This document shows positions 1-7,476 of a DNA stretch of 9,051 nucleotides, in pieces. The stretch's first letter is position 1; each line of letters begins with the position of its first letter. The notes beneath the pieces were generated by a model that made no database searches, was not told the DNA's origin, and saw only the letters and a list, made by a program, of their open reading frames with translations. The translations under genes were made by a program, and so were the position numbers. The stretch is from contig NW_021828116.1 in assembly GCF_006345805.1 (NCBI RefSeq), positions 1 to 9,051 on the forward strand, in the 5' to 3' direction. Source of the DNA: Octopus sinensis. Its lineage: Eukaryota.

Positions 1-761
1 TTCAAAATAATTGCATTTTATTTAGCCAATGGTGAAATATGTTTCCTTATATTTCGTTTTGATTTATCCGTGATTTTTTTTCCTTACTCATGAGAAAATT
101 ATTATGCTGTTCGTATTATCAGAATATATATTTTTCTCCTCTCATACATATTGCTAGATAACTAATATTTTCCCTTAAAGAATTTTCCATAAGTCCGGCA
201 CACAGACTATCTTTTTAGTATAAACTATATTCATTGAAGAATATTTGTATTTCTGGCAGAAGAACTCTGCCATGATTCCGTTGGTATCTTCTATGGTAGT
301 ATGTTTCATGTCTGTAAATATGTGGCGTCTCTTTGTTGTACTCCTGTTTGTTTTTATTGTTTGTTTATCTTTCACTGGATTTCTTTAATAGCTTGTCTTT
401 GAAGATTCTGATCAATTTAGACTTTGCTCTAGTATATTCTTTAGTGTATTCTCCCCAGTGGAGAATTTCCCCTTATTTCTTGTAGTTATATTTGTTATGG
501 TCAGCAGCTTACATTTATGTACTTCACTATCAGTCCTCTCCTCATGATTTTAAATTTTACTGCAGCCATTGTGCTTCGTGGTGACCGGCAACACTTTCAT
601 CTCCGTATCGTAAAAGGGTTTGAGGTACGATTTGTTTTCCGACTTAGTTGAACCGTCACCACCAACAACTACCAAACAAACCCATGAATTAGAGGGTTGT
701 CATTCGACAGATTCAGCGGTGTCCTCTACCAGGAATAGGGAATTCGTGGTCAACCAATGTG

Positions 762-845
762 TGAGTAGCTTCTATTATATTCCTGGGCCGCCCAGTGCCT
801 CATGAGAATATTTGTTAGACGGAAAGTGTTTGGAGGGCTGCTGAG
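762..845 (+). mobile_element. Degenerate fragment of tRNA-derived SINE family A (central region)
   Basis: 775-828 matches the reverse complement of 1155-1208 at 41/54 nt (hand alignment), including TAGACGGAAA. It is followed by a (TA)n tract, as in the 898-1277 copy. Confidence 0.75.
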
Positions 846-896
846 TATATATATATATATATATATATGCGCACATACATACATACATATATACAT
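846..896. repeat. (TA)n/(TACA)n microsatellite
   Basis: Direct inspection. Confidence 0.95.
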
Positions 897-897
897 T

Positions 898-1101
898 CTC
901 TCTTTTACTTGTTTCAGTCATTTGACTGCGGCCATGCTGGAGCACCACTTTTAGTCGAGCAAATCGACTCCGGGACTTATTCTTTGTAAGCCCAGTACTT
1001 ATTCTATCGGTCTCCTTTTCCAGAACCGCTAAGTGACGGGGACGTAAACACACCAGCATCGGTTATCAAGCGATGGTGGGGGAACAAACACAGACACACA
1101 A

Positions 1102-1132
<31 letters not shown>

Positions 1133-1277
1133 CATATATACGACTGGCTTCTTTCAGTTTCCGTCTACCAAATCCACTCACAAGGCATTGGTCGGCCCGG
1201 GGCTATAGCAGTGGGACTGAACTCGGAACCATGTGGTTGGTTAGCAAGCTACTTACCACACAGCCACTCCTGCACCT
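898..1277 (-). mobile_element. Near full-length tRNA-derived SINE, family A (octopus type, probably CORE-like)
   Basis: Pol III A-box-like TGGCTGTGTGG (1256-1266, minus) and B-box-like GAGTTCAGTCC (1214-1224, minus). Internal (CA)n/(TA)n at about 1084-1140. The 3' end reads GCATGGCCGCAGTCAAATGACTGAAACAAGTAAAAGAG. Homologous to 1296-1442, 1846-1984 and 8421-8750. Confidence 0.9.
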
Positions 1278-1295
1278 GTTTACATCTGCAAAACA

Positions 1296-1442
1296 TAGCG
1301 GTTCAGAAAAAACAACTGGTTGAATAAGGAGTATATATTGATACAAAATAATTACAGGGGATGATTTATTCGGTTGAAACCCTTCAAAGCTCTGCCCCAT
1401 CATGGCCACAGTCCAGTGACTGAAATAATTGAAAAACAAAAC
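1296..1442 (+). mobile_element. Old 3' fragment of SINE family A
   Basis: 1387-1430 matches the 3' end of the 898-1277 copy at 34/44 nt (CATGGCCACAGTCCAGTGACTGAAA). It begins at TAGCGGTTC, which is also present in that copy. Confidence 0.8.
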
Positions 1443-1606
1443 ACAATCGCCCTCTAGGCAGTATTTTTTGTAAAGAGAATATAATTTCAATAGAAATGTA
1501 TTTCTCGAATAATGAGTAAGATTTTCTAAAATCAATGTTTTTTGATAGAACTATTCTATTTTTTTTAGACTTCTGTGCAAGAGATATGGAGTAACAATAC
1601 CGAATA

Positions 1607-1829
1607 GTAAAGTATATTTGCCAACATAATGTGGCAATCCTATACAAGGATGTTCTCACTGTTATATAGCCCAAGGAAATCATCTTTCCCAGTTGGTTTT
1701 CGACACACAAAATGTATGCCGCAAGTCTGTGTGCCGGTACCCAACTGGAAAAGATGTTTTCCTGGGGCTAAATAAAAGTAACAACGTCCTTGTATAGGAT
1801 TGCCATATTAGTTGGCAAATAAACTTTAC
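1607..1829. mobile_element. Foldback palindrome, probable non-autonomous DNA transposon (MITE-like)
   Basis: Arms 1607-1709 and 1728-1829 are inverted repeats with 88/103 aligned matches (14 mismatches, 1 indel) around an 18-nt loop. The palindrome is directly visible; the transposon call is inference. Confidence 0.75.
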
Positions 1830-1845
1830 CACTCTATTTCTGATA

Positions 1846-1984
1846 TTCTTTTACAATTTTATTCGTTTACTTATTTCAGTCATTTGACTGCGGCCATGTG
1901 GGAGCACCGCTTCAGTCGAAGAAATTGACTATAGGAGTTATTCTTTGTAAGCCTAGTACTTAGTCTATCGGTCTCTTTTGCCGA
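1846..1984 (-). mobile_element. 5'-truncated SINE family A (3' portion with decayed TAAAAG-type tail)
   Basis: 1866-1984 is collinear with 904-1024 (TTTCAGTCATTTGACTGCGGCCATG...TTATTCTTTGTAAGCC...CTATCGGTCTC). 1846-1870 looks like three decayed TCTTTTAC tail units. Confidence 0.88.
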
Positions 1985-2037
1985 TATGATTAGTATAATT
2001 TTGATAGTCACACAACATCTTTGATAAAATCAACCCA

Positions 2038-2190
2038 TAGAAGTGTTAGAATGTTGGATAGAATTTCTCGTGCCATTCGTACCGACTTCCTGCGTTCTGA
2101 GTTCAAATGCTGCTGTCGCCAAATTTGATTTTCGTTGTTTCCAGGTCGATAAGAAAAGCACCAAGAGCGAGCAGTGTTTTGATGGAACTT
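2038..2190 (+). mobile_element. Highly diverged copy of SINE family C
   Basis: CGTTCTGAGTTCAAAT (2093-2108, B-box region) and GGTCGATAAGAAAAGCACCA occur in the same order and similar spacing as in the 5269-5481 copy. Confidence 0.65.
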
Positions 2191-2365
2191 TAGGAAAGTT
2201 GAATCAAATCTTTAGCCGTGTCTGTTCCGGGGCTTAACCACCTGCGTCCAAATCTCGCTGTTCACTACTTGGGAGTGGGTAGATGTAATTCGTAATTATA
2301 AAATTCCTTGCAGAGTTAGAAACACTTGAAACAGGCGTAGAAATCTATAATTGTTGATTCCCTTA

Positions 2366-2829
2366 ATCATCACCATCATTGTTCGATCGTGGTCGAGACA
2401 ATGGAATTTACCATGCTACGCTAGACTTCACGGTCCATCATAGCATTACAGAGGTCCTGTTGCTGGATGCCTGTCTCCCTGGAGATTACATCAGGGTAGG
2501 AGAGTGTGCGCCCTCTGGTATCGCGAGTAGATGGCTTCCAGAGGAGAAGAGTAGAAATTGCCTCGTTTTCAGCTCTACAACAATGTCCAGCAAACTGGAC
2601 TTTCCTACCTTTCACAAGAGATGACACAGGTAGTTTCCCATATATTTGCATTTTGGTTGGATGACGCTTCCACGAGAGATTTTTAGGCTCTCATAAGGCG
2701 GCGAGTGTAGGTTCCATCTAACCGCCTCTCAAGCTTCGTTGATAACGTCCAGGTTTCTGAGCTATATAGTAGAATTGGTTCGACTGTGGCTTTGAAGATT
2801 TTAAGTTTGAAGTGTCCTTAAAGCCGTTG
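2366..2829 (-). mobile_element. 5'-truncated, inactivated RTE-clade non-LTR retrotransposon (3' end of the RT ORF)
   Basis: The minus strand reads FKLKIFKATVEPILLYSSETWTLSTKLERRLDGTYTRRLMRA, then a stop/frameshift at about 2683-2685, then KNLSWKRHPTKMQIYGKLPVSSLVKGRKVQFAGHCCRAENEAISTLLLWKP...DLCNAMMDREV*(2421-2423, likely former W)RSMVNSIVSTTIEQ*. The LLYxSETWTL, FAGHC and MxDRxxW motifs are typical of the RTE C-terminal region. TGATGGTGATGAT tail at 2366-2378. Exact flanking direct repeat TTCCCTTA at 2358-2365 and 2830-2837. Confidence 0.9.
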
Positions 2830-2840
2830 TTCCCTTAGGC

Positions 2841-3090
2841 CAGTTTTTCTCAGTGACTTCTTACATATGAACCCTTTTGATTCCTATTTTATTTGGACCC
2901 TCATAATTATTCAATGTTTAACAAATCCTATTATATAGCTATAATTAAATATTATTTACAATTGTATAAAAAAATTGCTAAAATATTTCGTGTGTTGTAG
3001 AAGTGTAAACAATTCATTTCTCACAAAATCTAACGATAAATTCTTATACAGAACCTGAAGTGTCATATGGGCCCCAGTTCAGGACCCCTA
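2841..3090. mobile_element. Non-autonomous hAT-type (Charlie/Buster-like) MITE, 250 bp
   Basis: Flanking 8-bp repeat CCTTAGGC (2833-2840) / CTTTAGGC (3091-3098), 7/8 identical with central TA. Ends CAGTTTTTCTCAG and (reverse complement) TAGGGGTCCTGAAC both resemble the Charlie-type terminus CAGGGGTTCTCAA but match each other at only 6/15. Subterminal GACCC-like motifs and CATATG occur near both ends. Confidence 0.65.
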
Positions 3091-3516
3091 CTTTAGGCAT
3101 ATGCCATCACTGCTTGGGACGACACCCTGAAAACTACACCTTATTGACCATTGCTGAGTTTGTTCCATTATTATGTCTGATATATTTATTCTAATCACAC
3201 AATAATAGAGTAAAATTTATATTACTTTGGAGAAAGAATTTCTACCTTCAAGAATTACAAATTTTTACCACAAAACTTGGAAAATAACAGATACTTAACA
3301 GCATCAACATGTAACCATATGAACTATACATCCCTGTTTGTCAAACTTATCGTTAACTTATACAGGCAATTCCACATTTAAAACAATAAACTGTGATGTA
3401 CATCAATTCTCATGTGCCAGCGTGTTAAGCAGTTTAATATTTCCCTGTCACCATAAAATATGTATGAGTATAGGCCGTTATTGCGATAAGTAAATGTACT
3501 TTAACGACATACACAA

Positions 3517-3566
3517 ATCTATCTATATATCTATCTTTCTATCTATTTCTATTTATTTATTTATTT
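3517..3566. repeat. (ATCT)n to (ATTT)n microsatellite
   Basis: Direct inspection. Confidence 0.9.
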
Positions 3567-3670
3567 CGCTGTATCTCTGTATTCGTTACGTAATCACAAT
3601 CACAGACATACACACGTGCCCGTGTGCAAGCGCTTGTTAATGCATTTATCTTGCTTTCGTATCACTCTCT

Positions 3671-3705
3671 ACATACATATATATAAAATTCTGAATATAT
3701 GTATA

Positions 3706-3750
<45 letters not shown>
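3671..3750. repeat. (TA)n microsatellite
   Basis: Direct inspection. Confidence 0.95.
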
Positions 3751-3850
3751 ATATTTTGACACATAAAGTCAAACATTTCCAATGTCAGGTGTTGCACCGG
3801 AAGGCACAATTTCAAGAGTCATTCAACTGAAGTTCTAATGCCTATTATAG

Positions 3851-3873
3851 ATATGTACGTATACATATATATA

Positions 3874-3913
<40 letters not shown>

Positions 3914-3979
3914 TACACATACGTACACACGCATATATATGTGTATATGTATCTATGTACATGTATATGTATGTGCGTG

Positions 3980-4034
<55 letters not shown>

Positions 4035-4113
4035 CATATATCAACGGATACATACGCTTACATATATACTTACACGCACACACTTTCGCACTCGCACCAC
4101 ATATACACATATA
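3851..4113. repeat. Compound (TA)n/(CA)n/(TG)n microsatellite
   Basis: Two long (TA)n runs flank mixed CA/TG dinucleotides. This tract is the source of the poly-YI ORFs. Confidence 0.95.
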
Positions 4114-4229
4114 TTTCAGGTGTTTGGTAAAAGAGGTTACATACATAAAATATGAACACTTCACCTTGAATATATAATTTTCATATTTATTCCTTTGCTA
4201 ACAACCGCAGTTGGAACTTTTCCTCTCAG

Positions 4230-4325
4230 AAATACGTTGGAAATGACAGTGTCATTCCTTTACATTGAATGCCTGTCTTATTTCATGACGACACAGGTGA
4301 TTGCACTATTTACTATGTCACATCG
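4230..4325 (+). CDS. Candidate 96-bp internal exon, product unknown
   Basis: CTAAC branch-like site (4198-4202), acceptor CTTTTCCTCTCAG (AG 4228-4229) and donor CG|GTAAGG (4326). One open phase 2-2 frame reads NTLEMTVSFLYIECLSYFMTTQVIALFTMSH. No homology recognised. Confidence 0.25.
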
Positions 4326-4468
4326 GTAAGGGACCGTAATACAATCCAGTTGTTGATATTTTAAAGTAGTTTATAGCAAATAATTTACTTGATATGTTTT
4401 TCTGCAGCCCTTTTACGAAAAAAATTAATCTTTAGCAGAAAAGCGAAGCCAGTATTGCTGCTGTTTGT

Positions 4469-4732
4469 GGAGGCGCTTAGCTTAGTGGTTAGCGGGTAGA
4501 CCTTACGATCCTGAGATCGTGGGCTCGATTCCTGAACTGGGCGACGCTCTATGTTCTGGAAGAAAACACTTCATTTTAAGCTGCTCTTATCCACTCGGCT
4601 GGCAAACATGAATATTCCTGCGAGGGATCGGCATTCCGTCGAGGTGGGGTGTTTATATACCATGGAAGCTGGGAAAGCGGCTCTTACGAGTCGGTATGAT
4701 TCAAGAAGAAAACTGTAACTTTACCTTGTGCA
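4469..4732 (+). mobile_element. Full-length tRNA-derived SINE, family B
   Basis: A box TAGCTTAGTGG (4478-4488), B box GGCTCGATTCC (4522-4532) and a decayed ACTTT-type tail at about 4712-4727. TSD TGCTGCTGTTTGT (4456-4468) / TGCTGATGTTTGT (4733-4745), 12/13 identical. Confidence 0.88.
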
Positions 4733-4810
4733 TGCTGATGTTTGTGTGGTTCAGTGCCCGATTAACCCTCTTTGAGCAATTCTTTTATCATAGGTATACT
4801 GGTCATTACT

Positions 4811-5268
4811 ATAAGTACCAGTTACCCTCTGGGGTCGATATAATCGACTTAATACGTTTGTCTGTCCTTGTTTTTCCCCTCTATGTTTAGCCCCTTGTGA
4901 GTAATAAAGAAATTTATTAGGTATTTCGTTTGCCGCTACGTTCCGAATTCAAATTCCGCCGAGGTCGACTTTGCCTTTCATCCCTTCTGGGTCGATTAAA
5001 TAAGTAGCAGTTACGCACTGGCGTCGATATAATCGACTTAATCCGTTTACCTGCCCTTGTTTGTCCCCTCTATATTTAGCTCCTTGTGGGCAATAAAGAA
5101 ATAGGTATTTCCTCTTTCTCCATGAAGTGAGTTCAAATCGCACCAGAGTGGAATTTGCCTTTCACCATTTCGAGGTCGACAAAATAAGTACCAGTTCAGT
5201 ACTGGGTTCAATGTAATCGATTTCCTCCCTACCCGAAATTTGCAGCCCTTAAGCCAAAAACTGAAACC
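4811..5268 (+). mobile_element. Tandem headless units of SINE family C: partial unit 4811-4919, unit 4920-5103, terminal unit 5104-5268
   Basis: Unit 1 vs unit 2 match at 90/103 nt. Units join at AAAGAAAT(A)|GGTATTTC. Units 2 and 3 carry a B-box-like G(A/G)TTCAAAT but no A-box head. Unit 3 has a distinct 3' end finishing in GCCAAAAACTGAAACC. Confidence 0.88.
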
Positions 5269-5481
5269 TATTTCACACAGAGGGGACAAACAAGGACAGA
5301 CATAGGTATTAAGTCGATTTCATCGACCCCAGTGCGTAACTGGTACTTAATTTATCGACCCCGAAAGGATGAAAGGCAAAGTAGACCTTGGCGGAATTTG
5401 AACTCACAACGTAACGGCAGACGAAATACCGCTAAGCATTTCGCCCGGCGTGCTAACGTTTCTGCCAGCTCGCCGCCTTTT
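5269..5481 (-). mobile_element. SINE family C monomer with tRNA-like head, inserted in inverted orientation
   Basis: Head GGCGGCGAGCTGGCAGAAACGTTAGC (A-box-like 5457-5467) and B box GAGTTCAAATTCC (5393-5405). About 85% identical to unit 2 by hand alignment. Perfect 16-bp TSD GCCAAAAACTGAAACC at 5253-5268 and 5482-5497. Confidence 0.93.
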
Positions 5482-5493
5482 GCCAAAAACTGA

Positions 5494-5576
5494 AACCACC
5501 ACCACCATCACCACCACCACCACCACCACCACCACCACCACCACACCACAACCACCTCCACCATCATCATCATTAT
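5494..5576 (+). repeat. (CCA)n to (CAT)n tract, probable tail of the plus-strand family C element
   Basis: Starts immediately at the end of the right TSD copy. Confidence 0.85.
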
Positions 5577-5932
5577 CAAATATAAAGGGTGGTAGCTGCA
5601 ACAGAACAAAAAGAACGAATTTTAAAAATCACAACGAATATATTATCTAACATCAACACTAATGAATCCGTATGTTTATTGTTTTTTATATATTGCCTTT
5701 CATATACGACTTCAATCAAAGGTCTAATTGAAAATTAAATATTTAGTGTTGTTAATGGTATTCCAATGATTCAAGGTGTTAAATAAACATCCGTTATCCT
5801 ATAAAAATTAAATAATAACAAAACGCTTTGAATGAGATACGATGCGGGTATTATAATCGCAATATATAATTTATTCATATCATGTCTGGCTATGCCTAAC
5901 CTCGAATCGGATACGCTACCCGTGCCTATACC

Positions 5933-6184
5933 CATGCACGCACGCTCGCATGCACACGCAGACACAGGGAGAAACAACACACACGCACACACCACGCACA
6001 CACCACACACAGACATGCACTCATGCGCAAGCACTCACACACACATACAAAACATATATAAACGCATATTTTTGAGTACGTGTATATATATATATAATAT
6101 ATATATATGCACACACATATATATATATACACACATACACACACACATATATATATATACATACACACGTATATTTATATACAT

Positions 6185-6215
<31 letters not shown>

Positions 6216-6375
6216 CATACATATATATATATATAATGGATATATCCTCCACGTATACATATACATATATCCCCCTATACAGAGACACCAGAACATACGC
6301 ATAAATATATATACATATGTGTGTGTGTGTGTGTGTGTGAGTGTGTGTATGCATGTGTGCATGTGTGTATGTGTG
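5933..6375. repeat. Compound (CA)n/(CACG)n/(TA)n/(TG)n microsatellite
   Basis: Direct inspection. Confidence 0.93.
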
Positions 6376-7171
6376 TTGTTACCCGCAGAATATACATTTT
6401 CGAATACCGTACGTCTGCCTGGCTATACGCGTTGTTACGATATAACATCTAGCCTAATTTGTGTACCATCAAACCTGCTATATTATTAATATTCATTGCT
6501 TTAAATAAACATTCTCACTTTTATTAATCCTTTGAAAACTCAGTTTCCCATAGCTGTGGATGAAATAATCCGGTAGATTAGGTGTTGGCGCTTTAGAATC
6601 TCTATTACCAGAACTAATGGAATTTTTGTTATGAAGCATAAACCCATTGTAAGCTATTGTCAGGATCTCTCTTCATGTGTATCTATTCCTATATATGATT
6701 TCTATCTGCTTTTAAATATCTAAAAATCACCTGTATTTTCGTAAGTACAAACACCGATGTGATAATATACAATGTTATATATATAACGATAGTTTACTCA
6801 ACATCAGGCGATAACTTTCCTGTTCATTTCATATCGATGATATATAACAGCAAGACATCGGATTGGAATACAGCGAATGTGTAAATAAACAATCTGTATC
6901 TTTACAACACGGCGTAAATATGTCTGGAGATTTAATGGCGTAGTAACTGCTTCCATCGTTGGATGAATTCACCATTCTATTTATTATAAAATTATTATTA
7001 TAATCATAGTAATATACTTCACGAATTGTGATATGATTCGCCAGAGAATAACAGCCATATTGAATACGAACAACAAAAGGAAACTATCAATTAATTATAA
7101 CAATATAGCACGGGACAAGAGTATATAGACACAGTAGATTCACAAGGATTTAAAAACCATTGTTATAAATC

Positions 7172-7344
7172 ACATACACAGACCCACCCACACACACACA
7201 CACATACACATCACACACACGCACGCACACAGACCCACGGACACACACACACAGACACGCACGCACACACGCACAGAGACACACAGACACACACACACAC
7301 ACAGACACACACACACACACACACACGCATGCACACACATATAT
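7172..7344. repeat. Interrupted (CA)n microsatellite
   Basis: Direct inspection. Confidence 0.93.
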
Positions 7345-7353
7345 AACATCTGA

Positions 7354-7366
7354 CAAAATGGCTGCC
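7354..7366 (+). promoter_or_regulatory. YY1/Pho-like motif CAAAATGGCTGCC
   Basis: Resembles the established YY1 consensus CAAGATGGCGGC. Single motif, no functional evidence. Confidence 0.2.
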
Positions 7367-7476
7367 AAAATTCGAAATGTGTTATATCAAACCCACCATA
7401 ATTTTTCGTACGATTCATTCTCCGAAATCGTGTCATCTATCTATTTACTATTAAATGTACGTTGCCACCCTTTATC

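Noticed and set aside
195-208. 14-nt match CCGGCACACAGACT to the foldback centre (minus strand, about 1724-1737)
   Set aside because: One 14-mer match in a 9-kb self-comparison is plausible by chance, and the flanking similarity is poor.
254-466. Two 7-bp stem, 5-nt loop hairpins (254-272 and 448-466)
   Set aside because: They are short, unrelated in sequence, and have no terminator or Helitron context.
644-676. LVVVGGDGS in a minus frame, resembling the GGDG motif of PFK, DAG kinase and NAD kinase
   Set aside because: The flanks show no similarity to those families and the frame has nearby stops.
889-1288. TACAT(T)CT near both ends of the 898-1277 SINE as a possible TSD
   Set aside because: It is short, imperfect, offset from the boundary and adjacent to microsatellite.
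775-1710. ORFs of 84-110 aa in the track
   Set aside because: They run through SINE bodies, microsatellite and the foldback arm, with no protein motifs.
1842-1987. GATAT on both sides of the 1846-1984 SINE as a possible TSD
   Set aside because: It is only 5 bp, AT-rich and partly overlaps the element sequence.
3819-4177. Five overlapping ORFs rich in Y, I, M and C
   Set aside because: They are translations of (TA)n/(TG)n microsatellite.
4811-5268. Regularly spaced repeats suggesting a CRISPR array or tRNA genes
   Set aside because: The units are about 184-nt SINE pieces with no unique spacers, and I could not build a tRNA cloverleaf.
5404-5650. Poly-Val and poly-Thr/Pro ORFs
   Set aside because: They derive from the (CCA)n tail and SINE sequence.
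5771-6362. ORFs rich in H, T, Y, V and C
   Set aside because: They are translations of a compound dinucleotide repeat.
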